Part shown: positions 27,622 through 38,088 of the stretch, in pieces
Position numbering within the stretch: the first letter of the stretch is position 1
Layout of the letters: each line of letters starts with the position of its first letter
Origin: an uncultured Gemmatimonadales bacterium
GTDB lineage: Bacteria; Gemmatimonadota; Gemmatimonadetes; Longimicrobiales; RSA9
DNA: 64,000 nt
Direction of reading: 5' to 3'
Assembly (NCBI GenBank): GCA_963816355.1
Contig: CAWFKH010000004.1
Span: 224,001-288,000 of the forward strand
Program-made: the position numbers and the translations under genes
Notes under the pieces: generated by a model
Told to the model about the DNA's origin: nothing
The model's database searches: none
The model's input: only the letters and a program-made list of their open reading frames with translations

Positions 27622-27977
27622 CAATCCGCCATCCGAAGAAAGACCGGCTCCATCAGCAGCAACACGAACAGGAAGGCGACCAGCGCCAGCAGCCCCGGCT
27701 CCGCCGGAAAGCTCGCCCGCCGCGTCGCCCAGAACCCGAGCGCCACCAGCGCCACGAAGCGGAACGCGACTCCACCGATCCACCCGACCATGAACCGCTT
27801 CACCGAGTCCCGCACCGCCACCAGCGCACCGAACGCCAGAATCTGGATCCCCAACGCCGACACGCCGGCGAACACCACCGCCGCCCCCGCCCCCGCCGGC
27901 AGCAGCGCCGCCAGCACCAGACCTCCCACCGCCAGCACGGCCGCGCTCGCCCCCGCGTACGTCAGCCACGCCCTCAT
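27621..27977 (-). CDS. AtpI-like 4-TM membrane protein
   Basis: MRAWLTYAGA... 118 aa, hydrophobic, overlapping both atpB and the upstream small gene. Confidence 0.7.
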   Translation of the reverse strand: MRAWLTYAGASAAVLAVGGLVLAALLPAGAGAAVVFAGVSALGIQILAFGALVAVRDSVKRFMVGWIGGVAFRFVALVALGFWATRRASFPAEPGLLALVAFLFVLLLMEPVFLRMAD

Positions 27978-28243
27978 TCGCCCTCCTCTTCCCGCCGACG
28001 CTCCCGCCGCTCCCGCTCCGGCTCGATCACCATCCGCCGGTACAGCGAATAGAACCCCGCCACCGCCCCTACCAGCGTCAGCACGATCGTGAACAGCGGC
28101 CTCGTCCCCAGCCACCCGTCCACCCGCGTCCCCGCCCACAGGAACAGCAGCGTGCCCAGCGCCCATCCGAGACCGTGACCCAGCGCGTCCCCCACTCCCA
28201 CACCACCCTCACGACCCCGCCGTCTTCCTCCGTTTTCCGGCAT
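27974..28243 (-). CDS. AtpZ/AtpI family protein
   Basis: GTRVDGWLGTRPLFTIVLTLVGAVAGFYSLYR motif; first gene of the atp operon. Confidence 0.85.
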   Translation of the reverse strand: MPENGGRRRGREGGVGVGDALGHGLGWALGTLLFLWAGTRVDGWLGTRPLFTIVLTLVGAVAGFYSLYRRMVIEPERERRERRREEEGE

Positions 28244-28278
28244 CGCGCAGCTCCGCTCCCGCGGCCGTCGTGGCGCAT

Positions 28279-28307
28279 AACATACCCGCTTGTGAATTTT
28301 TTCGCAA
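28279..28307 (-). promoter_or_regulatory. atp operon sigma70 promoter
   Basis: Minus strand TTGCGA-N17-TATGTT, about 35 nt upstream of ATG 28243. Confidence 0.7.
28290..28307. promoter_or_regulatory. Rex-type operator overlapping the atp -35 box
   Basis: TTGTGAA-TTTT-TTCGCAA, one mismatch to TTGTGAA-N4-TTCACAA. Confidence 0.7.
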
Positions 28308-28431
28308 GCGCCGGATCCGCACCCCGCGAGCGACCCCGCGACCCCGCCGCAAAGCACGCTTCCGGGCGGCGCAGCAGGCCTCCCGGACGGCCGCCGCGGC
28401 AGCCGCGAGCGGCGCCTTCGCCCGCCGCGGT

Positions 28432-28479
28432 AGTGCCGTCGCGAGCGGCACGAGGAGTGCCGTCGCGAGCGGCACGAGG
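28432..28479. repeat. 2 x 24-bp tandem repeat with internal palindrome
   Basis: AGTGCCGTCGCGAGCGGCACGAGG x2. Confidence 0.85.
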
Positions 28480-28636
28480 AGCGTCGCCTCCGCGCGCCGC
28501 GCGGAGTGCCGCCGGGCGGCGCACGGCACACACGGGGGGCGGCGTGGTAGCATGCGAGGTGGCGCTCCGGTTTCGCGTGCGGCCGCGCGGGGACGGATGG
28601 GGATCGGTCTCGATGTTGCAGCCGGCGGGAGGATCG

Positions 28637-29116
28637 ATGCGGATCTTGGCGGGGTGCATGGTGGTGTTGCTCGCGGCGTGTGGCCCCTCGCGGGGCGAGC
28701 CGGCGGCGGGCGCGGGAGACGTGGCGGCGGATACGGGGGTGCGCGGCGGGCAAGCGGCGGCGGCGGCGCCGACGCTCGCGACGTCGCTGTCCGCACGCGT
28801 CTCGCCGGACAGCGTCGAGTTGACGCTGTACGTCACGAACGTGGGTCGGGCGCCGCTGCGGCTGCAGTACCGGACGTCGCAGCGCTACGATTTCACGGTG
28901 CGGTCGGCGTCGGGACGGGCGGTGTGGCGGTGGTCGGCGGGTCGTTCGTTCATGCAGGTGCTGGGCGAGGAGGTGCTGGAGGCTGGCGCGACGCGCGCGT
29001 ATACTGCGGTCTGGCGCGAGGGCGTACGGCCGGGTGCGTACGGGGCGGAGGCGCGCCTGACGGCGGCAGGCGGGGCGGTGGCGGAGCGGACGAGGTTCGA
29101 GGTCCCCTCGGAGTGA
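28637..29116 (+). CDS. Lipoprotein with BsuPI-like proteinase-inhibitor domain
   Basis: Lipobox LAAC; LQYRTSQRYDFTV...VWRWSAGRSFMQ; GGAGG SD before ATG 28637. Confidence 0.75.
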   Translation: MRILAGCMVVLLAACGPSRGEPAAGAGDVAADTGVRGGQAAAAAPTLATSLSARVSPDSVELTLYVTNVGRAPLRLQYRTSQRYDFTVRSASGRAVWRWSAGRSFMQVLGEEVLEAGATRAYTAVWREGVRPGAYGAEARLTAAGGAVAERTRFEVPSE

Positions 29117-29157
29117 GCCGGGCGGAAATCCAGGAAACCCACAGCGGAACGGACGGA

Positions 29158-30183
<1,026 letters not shown>

Positions 30184-30226
30184 GTCGAAGTACCAGGACC
30201 GGGGGCGCACGCGCGGCGGACGCCCG

Positions 30227-31579
30227 ATGCTGATTCCGGTCCTCGTGGCCTTCGTGCCCGCCCTCGTCCTCTCGGCCGTATTCTCCGCCGCCGAGCTCTC
30301 GATCTTCTCGCTCGGCGAGGCACGCATCCGCACTCTCGTCGACGAAGGCTTCCGCGGCGGTGGCGCGCTCGACCGCCTGCGCAGCCGCCCGGAGCGCGTG
30401 CTCGTGCTGCTGCGCCTCGCGAACGCCCTCGCGACGGCGGCCACGGCCGCCCTCGCCGCGTGGGCCGGCTATCTCGTCGGCGGTGGCGCCGGGCTCGTCG
30501 CCGGCGCCGTGATCGCGGCCGCGCTGCTCACGATCGTGGGCGAGCTCCTGCCGATCCGTCTCGCGCACAGCTACGGCGTCCGCATCGCCCTCGCCGTCTC
30601 CGCGCCGCTCGAGACGGCCGCGCGCTGGACGGGCCCGCTGCTCGTCGCGCTGGGTCGTCTGGCGCAGGTGCGGCCCCGTGCCTCGATCGAGACGCTCGCC
30701 TCGACCACCGAGCGGCAGGTCCGTGAGCTCACCGCGATCGGGCACAACGAGGGCGTGATCGAGGAGTCGGAGCGGCAGTTGATCGAGCGCGTGTTCCGGC
30801 TGGACGAGACGCGCGTGTGGGACATCATGACGCCGCGTGTGGACGTCTTCTCGTGGGACGAGGCGACCGCGCTCGCGGGCATCGCTTCCGAGCTCGGCAC
30901 GGTGCCCTATTCGCGCGTGCCGGTCTACCGCGACACCATCGACAACATCACCGGCGTCCTCTACCTGCGCGACGCCTATCGCGCGCTCGTCGCCGGCCAG
31001 CGGGACGTGCTTCTCGGCGCCCTGGCGCGCGAGCCGCTCATCGTGCCGGGATCGCTCTCGGTGACGACGCTGCTGCGGGACTTCCAGACCCGCCGCATCC
31101 ACCTCGCAGTCGTGGTCGACGAGTACGGCGGGACCGACGGGCTCGTCACGCTGGAGGACGTGCTCGAGGAGCTGGTGGGCGAGATCGTGGACGAGACCGA
31201 CGTCGCCTACGAACCGATGACGCGCGTCTCGCGTCACGAGGTGATCGCCGCCGGCGACGTGGACCTGCGCGAGATCAACCACTTCTTCAACACGTCGCTG
31301 CCGCAGCTCGAGCACCGGTCGCTCAACGGCTACCTGCTCGAGGAGCTGGGCCGGGTCCCGGAAGCGGGAGAGCGCATCGAGAGCGACGGCCTCGAGGTCG
31401 AGGTGCTCGAGGCGAGCGGCACGCAGGTGCTGCGCGCCCGCGTGCGCCGCCGGCCCGCGGCGGAGGCGCGCGGCGAGGCCGCGGCTCGCGCCGGCGGCGA
31501 TGGCAGCGGCCGTGGCGGAGGACGTCCGGCCGCGGAAAGCGCGGCGCCCGCCGACGCCGCCTCGCCGCGCGATCGGTGA
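30227..31579 (+). CDS. Hemolysin-family CNNM/CBS/CorC-HlyC membrane protein
   Basis: FSAAELSIFSL, IMTPRVD, YSRVPVY, VVDEYGGTDGLVTLEDVLEELVGEI. Confidence 0.92.
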   Translation: MLIPVLVAFVPALVLSAVFSAAELSIFSLGEARIRTLVDEGFRGGGALDRLRSRPERVLVLLRLANALATAATAALAAWAGYLVGGGAGLVAGAVIAAALLTIVGELLPIRLAHSYGVRIALAVSAPLETAARWTGPLLVALGRLAQVRPRASIETLASTTERQVRELTAIGHNEGVIEESERQLIERVFRLDETRVWDIMTPRVDVFSWDEATALAGIASELGTVPYSRVPVYRDTIDNITGVLYLRDAYRALVAGQRDVLLGALAREPLIVPGSLSVTTLLRDFQTRRIHLAVVVDEYGGTDGLVTLEDVLEELVGEIVDETDVAYEPMTRVSRHEVIAAGDVDLREINHFFNTSLPQLEHRSLNGYLLEELGRVPEAGERIESDGLEVEVLEASGTQVLRARVRRRPAAEARGEAAARAGGDGSGRGGGRPAAESAAPADAASPRDR

Positions 31580-32598
31580 GTTCCGCCGACGGCGTGACGG
31601 TGCGGCGCAGCGACGTCGTCGCCGCCCGCGCGCGCATCGCCGGCTTTGCCCGCGTGACGCCGCTCGAGCCGTCGCCGTGGCTTTCCGCTCAGGCGGCCGC
31701 GCCGGTGCACCTCAAGCTGGAGTGCTGGCAGCGCACCGGCTCCTTCAAGATCCGCGGCGCCGCGAACGCCGTCGCCGCGCTCGACGAGGCCGCGCTCGGA
31801 CGCGGCCTGGTGGCGGCGTCCGCCGGCAACCACGGGCAGGGCGTCGCCCTCGCCGGGCGCGAGCGCGGTGCCCGCGTCACGATCTTCGTCCCGGCCGGGG
31901 CACCCGCCACCAAGAAGGACCGCATCCGGGCGCTCGGCGCCGAGCTGCGCGAGGCGGCCGATTACGACGCCGCCGAAGCCGACGCGGTCGCCTTCGCGGA
32001 GGCGGCGGGCGCCCACTTCATCCATCCGTGCGCGGACGCCGGCGTGGTGGCCGGGCAGGGCACGGTCGGGCTCGAGCTGCTCGAGCAGCTCCCCGACCTT
32101 CGCACGGTGATCGTCCCGGTCGGAGGCGGCGGCCTGCTCGCCGGGGTCGGCGCCGCGCTCCGCGCTGCGGACGGCGCCGCACCCCCGGACGCCGACGGCG
32201 CCGCGGCCCCCGGCGGGGCTCGGGGCGCCGTGCGGGTCGTGGGCGTGCAGGCGGAGCGCACGAGCGTCATGCACGATTCGCTCGAGGCGGGCCGCGTCGT
32301 TCCGACGCCGCCGCAGTCGCCCACGCTGGCCGACGGCCTGGCGGGCGGCATCGACGTCGTGAGCCTCGCGCGCGTCGCCCGCATCGTCGACGCGATCGCG
32401 CTCGTGGACGAGGCGGAGGTCGCGCGCGCGATCCGGCTCCTCTTCCACCACCACGGCGTGGTGGCCGAGGGCGCGGGCGCGGTCGGCGTGGCCGCGCTGC
32501 TCCGCGGCGCCGTCCGCGCGGAAGGACCGACGGCGGTCGTGATCAGCGGCGGCAACATCGATGGACGCCGCCTCTCCGAGGTCCTGGGCGTCGGCTGA
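31576..32598 (+). CDS. PLP-dependent threonine/serine dehydratase family protein
   Basis: LKLECWQRTGSFKIRGA, SAGNHGQG, VPVGGGGL, SGGNID; no ACT domain; GTG 31576. Confidence 0.9.
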   Translation: MSSADGVTVRRSDVVAARARIAGFARVTPLEPSPWLSAQAAAPVHLKLECWQRTGSFKIRGAANAVAALDEAALGRGLVAASAGNHGQGVALAGRERGARVTIFVPAGAPATKKDRIRALGAELREAADYDAAEADAVAFAEAAGAHFIHPCADAGVVAGQGTVGLELLEQLPDLRTVIVPVGGGGLLAGVGAALRAADGAAPPDADGAAAPGGARGAVRVVGVQAERTSVMHDSLEAGRVVPTPPQSPTLADGLAGGIDVVSLARVARIVDAIALVDEAEVARAIRLLFHHHGVVAEGAGAVGVAALLRGAVRAEGPTAVVISGGNIDGRRLSEVLGVG

Positions 32599-33137
32599 TG
32601 GCACGCATCGTTCCCTTCGGCGGCCATACGCCCACGGTTCACGCGAGCGCGTTCGTCGCGCCGACGGCGGTGCTGATCGGCAACGTCGAGATCGGACCGG
32701 AGTCGAGCGTCTGGTTCGGCGCCGTCCTGCGCGGCGACGACCCGGATCACGGCATCCGCGTCGGCGCCCGCACGAGCATCCAGGACAACTGCGTGCTGCA
32801 CGTCAGCGCTCGCGGCCCGACGATCGTGGGTGACGAGGTCACGATCGGGCACGGCGCGGTGTTCGAGAGTTGCGAGGTGCGGCGAGGCGCTCTCGTGGGG
32901 ATGAACGCGGTGCTGCTGCACGACGTCGTAGTGGGTGAGCGCGCGCTGGTCGCCGCCCTCAGCGTGGTCGCCGCCGGCACGGAGGTTCCCGCCGGCACGC
33001 TCGTCGCCGGCGCACCGGCGACCGTGCGCAAGGCGCTCTCGGGCGCGTCGGCCGCGTGGATCCGCGGCAGCGCCGACCACTACGTGGAGCTGGCGCGCGC
33101 GTACCGCGACGCCGGCATCGGGGAAGGCGATCGGTGA
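32598..33137 (+). CDS. Gamma-carbonic anhydrase family (hexapeptide-repeat) protein
   Basis: AFVAPTAVLIGNVEIG, VWFGAVLRGD, IQDNCVLH, TIGHGA. Confidence 0.9.
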   Translation: MARIVPFGGHTPTVHASAFVAPTAVLIGNVEIGPESSVWFGAVLRGDDPDHGIRVGARTSIQDNCVLHVSARGPTIVGDEVTIGHGAVFESCEVRRGALVGMNAVLLHDVVVGERALVAALSVVAAGTEVPAGTLVAGAPATVRKALSGASAAWIRGSADHYVELARAYRDAGIGEGDR

Positions 33138-34399
33138 GCGCGGGGCGCGGCGGCGCCGACGTCGTCGTGATCGGCGGCGGCGTGATCGGGTGCGCGATCG
33201 CGTGGCGCCTCGCGCAGCGTGGTTGCGATGTCGTCGTGCTGGAGCGCGGCACGCCGGGCGGCGAGGCGACGTGGGCCGCGGGCGGCATGCTCTCGCCCCT
33301 CGCCGAAGCCGCGGGCCCCGGTCCGTTCCTCGAGCTCGGTCTCGCCAGCCTGCGGCGCTACCCCGCCTTCGTGCAGGGGATCGAGGAGGCGGCGGGCCTG
33401 GAGGTCGGCTACGCGGCGGCGCCCGGCAAGCTACTGGTCCCGCTCGACGACGGCGACGCCGACGCGCTGCGGCGGCGCGCGGAGTGGCAGCGCGCGGCCG
33501 GCTTCGAAGTCGAGGAGATCTCCGGCGACGCCGCCCGTTCGCTCGAGCCGGCGCTCTCGCCGCGCGCCCTCGCCGCGCTGCTCATCCGCCGCGATCAACA
33601 CGTCGACAACCGCCTCCTCGGACGCGCGGCATGGCTCGCCGCCAGCCGCGCCGGCGTCCGCTTCGACACGGGCACGTCGGCCGAGCGCCTGCGCATCGAG
33701 CGGGCGGACGGCCGACGTCGCTTCGTGGCGGTCGAGACCGCGGACGGCGCCCGCGTCGCCGGGGACGCGGTGGTGCTCGCCGCGGGCGCCTGGAGCGGAG
33801 GCATCGGCGCTCTCCCGCGACCGCTCCCGGTGTTTCCGGTGCGCGGCCAGATGGTGGCGCTGGAGCACGTGCCGCCCCTCCTCCGGCACGTGGTCGAGAC
33901 CGCGGACGGCTATCTCATCCCGCGCACGAACGGCCGCCTCGTCGTCGGCGCGACCTCGGAAGAGGTGGGCTTCCGGCGCGCCGTCACGCCCGAGGGGCTG
34001 CGAGGCCTCCTCGACGCCGCGATTCGCGCCCTCCCCGCGCTCGCCACGGCGAAGTTCCTCGAGACGTGGGTCGGCTTCCGCCCCGCCACCCGCGACGCTC
34101 TCCCCGTCCTCGGCGCCGACCCGGACGTGGCGGGCCTCTTCTACGCGACCGGCCACTTCCGCAACGGCATCCTGCTCGCCCCGATCACGGCCGACGCCAT
34201 CGCCGCCGCCGTCGCGGGCGACGCCCCGCCGATCGACCTGGCGCCGTTCGCGGTAGACCGCTTCGAAGCCGAGGAGACGGCTGACGTGGGGACGGCCGGC
34301 GCGGCGCGCTGCGAGGCGTGCGGCGCCGTGATGCTCGAGCGGCATTGCAAGCTGGTCTGCCCTCGCTGCGGCTACGTGCGCGACTGCAGCGATCCGTGA
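33134..34399 (+). CDS. thiO: Glycine oxidase ThiO with C-terminal zinc-finger extension
   Basis: IGGGVIG, ATWAAGGML, PVRGQ, YLIPR, GFRP, GHFRNGILLAP; tail CEACG...CKLVCPRCGYVRDCSDP. Confidence 0.85.
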   Translation: MSAGRGGADVVVIGGGVIGCAIAWRLAQRGCDVVVLERGTPGGEATWAAGGMLSPLAEAAGPGPFLELGLASLRRYPAFVQGIEEAAGLEVGYAAAPGKLLVPLDDGDADALRRRAEWQRAAGFEVEEISGDAARSLEPALSPRALAALLIRRDQHVDNRLLGRAAWLAASRAGVRFDTGTSAERLRIERADGRRRFVAVETADGARVAGDAVVLAAGAWSGGIGALPRPLPVFPVRGQMVALEHVPPLLRHVVETADGYLIPRTNGRLVVGATSEEVGFRRAVTPEGLRGLLDAAIRALPALATAKFLETWVGFRPATRDALPVLGADPDVAGLFYATGHFRNGILLAPITADAIAAAVAGDAPPIDLAPFAVDRFEAEETADVGTAGAARCEACGAVMLERHCKLVCPRCGYVRDCSDP

Positions 34400-34479
34400 C
34401 GCCGGCGCACCCGCCGACGCCGGGTCGATCCCCGCCCCACGCCGCCGCCTCACCGCGAGCTCAGGCCTCAGTCCGAGCG

Positions 34480-35247
34480 TCAGCCGCTCCCGAAGGCGAT
34501 GCGGAGGTACCAGTCGACCAGCATCCCGCCCCACGTGACGGCGACCGCCGCGCCGAGCGCCAGGAAGACGCCGAACGGCACCAGCCGCCCCGTGCGCCAG
34601 CTGATCGGGCCGAAGACGACCGTCCCCAGCAACGCCCCCAGGAAGATCGTCAGCAGCACGCCGGCCGGTCCCAGGAACGCCCCCACCATCGCCATCATCT
34701 TGACGTCGCCCATCCCCATCGCCGGCTTGTGGAAGATCCACTCGCCCACGACGGCCACGCCCCACAGCAGACCGAGCCCGAGCGCCGCCCCCTCCAGCGA
34801 CCGGAGCGGCGAGATTCCGCCCGGCGCGAGAGCGAGCGCCAGCCCGCAAACCAGCCCGCCCAGCGAGAACTCGTTCGGGATGATGTAGTGACGCACGTCG
34901 GTCAGCGCGATGCCGAGAAGGACCGTCAGGAAGAAGGCGATCCGCAGCGCCTCCCACCCCGGCCCCAGCCGCACCACCGCCGCCGCCCAGATCAGCGCCG
35001 TCGCCAGCTCGACCGCCGGATACTGCGGCGAGATCGGCGCGCCGCACCGGCGGCAGCGACCCCGCAGAAGCAGCCAGCTCAGAACGGGGATGTTGTCGTA
35101 CCACGCGATCGCCGCCCCGCACGCCGGGCAACGCGAGCGCGGCGTCACGACCGACTCGTCGATCGGCCACCGATGCACGCACACGTTCAGGAAAGACCCG
35201 ACCGCCGCACCGAAGAGCGCCGCCACGACCGCCGCGTACGCCGTCAT
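34480..35247 (-). CDS. pilD: Prepilin peptidase (A24)
   Basis: GSFLNVCVHRWP, RSRCPAC, DNIPVLSW, CRRC, MGMGDVK, VPFGVFL; start MTAYAA at 35247. Confidence 0.93.
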   Translation of the reverse strand: MTAYAAVVAALFGAAVGSFLNVCVHRWPIDESVVTPRSRCPACGAAIAWYDNIPVLSWLLLRGRCRRCGAPISPQYPAVELATALIWAAAVVRLGPGWEALRIAFFLTVLLGIALTDVRHYIIPNEFSLGGLVCGLALALAPGGISPLRSLEGAALGLGLLWGVAVVGEWIFHKPAMGMGDVKMMAMVGAFLGPAGVLLTIFLGALLGTVVFGPISWRTGRLVPFGVFLALGAAVAVTWGGMLVDWYLRIAFGSG

Positions 35248-36035
35248 CCGCTCTCTCCCCCTCTCGCCTCGCGCCCCGCCAGCGCGAACAGCAGGATGCC
35301 CGCGGCCACCGCCACGTTGAGCGAGTCGACGCCGGGACGGATCGGCACCGCCACCAGGCCGTCGGCATCGCGGACCACGCCCGCCCCCAGGCCGCCTCCC
35401 TCGTTCCCCACCACCAGCGCCGTACGGTCCGCCCGCTCGATTCCGCTCACGTCGCGTCCCCCCGCGTCCGCGCCGTAGATCACGAATCCACGCTCCCGCA
35501 GCCACTCCCGCGCTGGCTCCCACGCCGCGCCCACCACCGCGACGCGGAACACCGCACCCGCCGACGACCGCACCGCCTTCGCGTTCCACACGTCCGCCGT
35601 GCCCGGAAGCGAGATCACCGCCGCCGCCCCCAGCGCGGCCGCCGTTCGCACCAGCGTCCCGACGTTGCCCGGATCCTGGACCCCGTCCAGCACCAGCACG
35701 GCCGCGCGCTCGCCCGGCTCGACCTGCCGCAGCTCGACAGCCGGCACCGCCGCCGCCACCAGCACGCCCTGCGGCGTTTCCGTCCCCGCCAGCGTCCGCA
35801 GCTCCGCCTCGCTCACTTCCCGCACGCCGACGCCCCGGCGCAGTCGCTCCAGCAGCGCCCTCCCGCGGGCGGTGTCCTCCAAGGAGGACGATATCACCGC
35901 GAGACGGAGGACGAGTCCGGCGGCCAGCAGATCCTCGACGACGCGCACGCCCTCGGCGAGGAAGAGGCCCTCCGCGTCGCGCCTCCTGCGGCGGCCGAGG
36001 GCGCGGAGGAGGCGTTGCTCGGAGCGGCTCAGCAC
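35244..36035 (-). CDS. TrmH/SpoU family RNA methyltransferase
   Basis: LDGVQDPGNVGTLVRTA, VGNEGGGL, DSLNVAVAAGI. Confidence 0.93.
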   Translation of the reverse strand: MLSRSEQRLLRALGRRRRRDAEGLFLAEGVRVVEDLLAAGLVLRLAVISSSLEDTARGRALLERLRRGVGVREVSEAELRTLAGTETPQGVLVAAAVPAVELRQVEPGERAAVLVLDGVQDPGNVGTLVRTAAALGAAAVISLPGTADVWNAKAVRSSAGAVFRVAVVGAAWEPAREWLRERGFVIYGADAGGRDVSGIERADRTALVVGNEGGGLGAGVVRDADGLVAVPIRPGVDSLNVAVAAGILLFALAGREARGGESG

Positions 36036-36047
36036 GCGGGGTGGCGG

Positions 36048-36063
36048 TGGAATGCGTCTTGCC
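36048..36063 (+). promoter_or_regulatory. Putative sigma54 promoter for the M48 protease gene
   Basis: TGGAATGCGTCTTGCC (GG-N10-GC with TTGC), about 40 nt before ATG 36105. Confidence 0.55.
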
Positions 36064-36104
36064 CTCGACGGGGTGGCGAACGACCGCAGATGGAGAGGGG
36101 ATCC

Positions 36105-36935
36105 ATGCTCGACCTCATGAAGAAACGGGTGCGGGGCCGGGTGCTCCCGCTGGTGCTGGCGACGACGGCGGGCGTGGGCGCCGCTGGCTGCGCGATCTCG
36201 ACGCAGCAGGAAGTGCAGATCGGGCAGCAGTACGCGGCGCAGGTCAATTCACAGCTGCCGATGGTGAACGACGCGTCGCTTCTGAGCTACGTGCGTTCGC
36301 TCGGCGAGCAGATCGCGAGTCACGGGAGACGGAATCTCGACTGGCACTTCTACATCGTCAATACGGACGAGGTGAACGCGTTCGCGCTGCCGGGTGGTTT
36401 CGTGTACGTGAACCGGGGTCTGATCGACCACGCGAGCAACATGTCGGAGCTGGCGGGCGTGCTGGCGCACGAGATCTCGCACGTCGAGCTGAGGCACAGC
36501 GCGAAGCAGTTGGAGCGGGAGCAGGCGGCGAACGTCGCGGTGACGCTGCCCTACATCCTGATGGGGCGCACGCCGTCGACGGCCGAGCGGGCGGCGATCC
36601 AGGTGGGCGGCTCGGCGGTGTTCGCGAGCTACAGCCGGGAGGCGGAGGGCGAGGCGGACGCGAACGCGGTGCCGCTGCTGGTGAAGTCGGGGATCGATCC
36701 GCACGGTCTCGTGACGATGTTCCAGGAGCTGCTGCGAGAGCAGCAGGCGCAGCCGAGCGTCGTCGCGCAGTGGTTCTCGACGCATCCGACGACGCAGCAG
36801 CGGATCACGGACGTGCGGCAGGAGCTGCAGCGCTATCCGAGCTCGAGCCGGCTGTTGACGCATTCATCCGCCTTCCAGCGCTTCAAGTCGCGGCTCGCGG
36901 CGTATCCCGCGCCGCCGGCGACGCGCGGCCGGTAG
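36105..36935 (+). CDS. M48 family zinc metalloprotease lipoprotein (BepA/LoiP-like)
   Basis: AAGC lipobox, VNAFALPGG, HEISH, YSREAEGEAD, FSTHP. Confidence 0.9.
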   Translation: MLDLMKKRVRGRVLPLVLATTAGVGAAGCAISTQQEVQIGQQYAAQVNSQLPMVNDASLLSYVRSLGEQIASHGRRNLDWHFYIVNTDEVNAFALPGGFVYVNRGLIDHASNMSELAGVLAHEISHVELRHSAKQLEREQAANVAVTLPYILMGRTPSTAERAAIQVGGSAVFASYSREAEGEADANAVPLLVKSGIDPHGLVTMFQELLREQQAQPSVVAQWFSTHPTTQQRITDVRQELQRYPSSSRLLTHSSAFQRFKSRLAAYPAPPATRGR

Positions 36936-37030
36936 GCCGCGGCCTGGCAGCCGCCCTCGCGTGACGCTTAGGTTCTGCGCTGCGCCCGGCCGGGTCGGGC
37001 GGGGCGCAGCGGCTCATCGGGAGGGTGAGG

Positions 37031-37849
37031 ATGCGAGCGGTCGCGCTGACCATCGCCGGTAGCGACAGCTCCGGCGGTGCCGGGATCCAGGCGGACCTCA
37101 AGACCTTTCAGGCGTTCGGCGTCTACGGCGCGAGCGCGGTCACGGCGGTCACCGTCCAGGACACGCGGGGCGTGAGCGGCGTACACGCGGTGCCGCGCGC
37201 GATCGTGGCGGCGCAGATCGCGCGCGTCGTCGAGGACCTGCACCCCGCGGCATGCAAGACGGGGATGCTCGCCGAGCGCGGCATCGTGGAGGCGGTCGCG
37301 GAGACGATTCGCGAGAAGCGGCTGCCGAACCTCGTGGTCGATCCGGTGATGGTCGCGACGAGCGGCGATCGGCTGCTCGACGCCGCCGCCGAGGCGACCG
37401 TCGCGGAGCGGCTCCTTCCACTCTGCACCATCGTCACGCCGAACCTGGACGAAGGTCGCATTCTCACGGGCATCGAGGCGCACGACGCCGCCGCGATGGT
37501 GCGCGTCGGTCTCGTGCTGCGCGAGCGAGGCGCGCCCGCCGCGCTCGTCAAGGGCGGCCATCTCGCCGGCGACACCCTGGTCGACATCCTGTGCGACGCC
37601 GAGGGGATCGTGCGCTGGGAGAGGCGGAAGGTGCCGACGACGAGCACGCACGGCACCGGCTGCACGCTGTCGGCGGCGATCGCCGCGGGTCTCGCGCGCG
37701 GGCGGCCGCTCCGGCGCGCGGTCGCCGACGCGCTCCACTTCGTGCAGCGCGCGATCGAGGCGGCACCGGGGCTGGGGCACGGCCGCGGTCCGCTGAATCA
37801 CTTCGTGCGGGTCGAGCCGGGGCCTGAAGGCGTGCCGGTCACGCCGTGA
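37031..37849 (+). CDS. thiD: Hydroxymethylpyrimidine/phosphomethylpyrimidine kinase
   Basis: IAGSDSSGGAGIQADLKT, KTGML, VDPVM, HGTGCTLS. Confidence 0.95.
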   Translation: MRAVALTIAGSDSSGGAGIQADLKTFQAFGVYGASAVTAVTVQDTRGVSGVHAVPRAIVAAQIARVVEDLHPAACKTGMLAERGIVEAVAETIREKRLPNLVVDPVMVATSGDRLLDAAAEATVAERLLPLCTIVTPNLDEGRILTGIEAHDAAAMVRVGLVLRERGAPAALVKGGHLAGDTLVDILCDAEGIVRWERRKVPTTSTHGTGCTLSAAIAAGLARGRPLRRAVADALHFVQRAIEAAPGLGHGRGPLNHFVRVEPGPEGVPVTP

Positions 37850-37877
37850 CCGCGCGCGCCGGCTCGGCCGAGGTCGG

Positions 37878-38057
37878 CTACGGGCGGGAAAGGAACCAGC
37901 TCACGATCAGGTACCCCGCCGTCATGCCCAGCACCATGAGCGCGCCGTAGATCGTCGGCGGCGCGGGGATCGGCAGGCGCAGCAGGCGGATGCCGCCGCC
38001 GATCACCAGCGCCACCAGGACGCCCACCCACTGCGGGAACGCTACCTTCGGCTCCAT
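37878..38057 (-). CDS. XapX/DUF1427-like small membrane protein (59 aa)
   Basis: Hand translation MEPKVAFPQWVGVLVALVIGGGIRLLRLPIPAPPTIYGALMVLGMTAGYLIVSWFLSRP; GAGGT SD; not in the ORF track. Confidence 0.8.
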   Translation of the reverse strand: MEPKVAFPQWVGVLVALVIGGGIRLLRLPIPAPPTIYGALMVLGMTAGYLIVSWFLSRP

Positions 38058-38088
38058 GGCGCCGACCTCGGTGTGCGGGGAAGCACGA

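Noticed and set aside
28605..28620. Sixth sigma54-like motif CGGTCTCGATGTTGCA before the BsuPI-like gene
   Set aside because: Poor -24 match, and the implied TSS would fall within the Shine-Dalgarno about 6 nt from the ATG.
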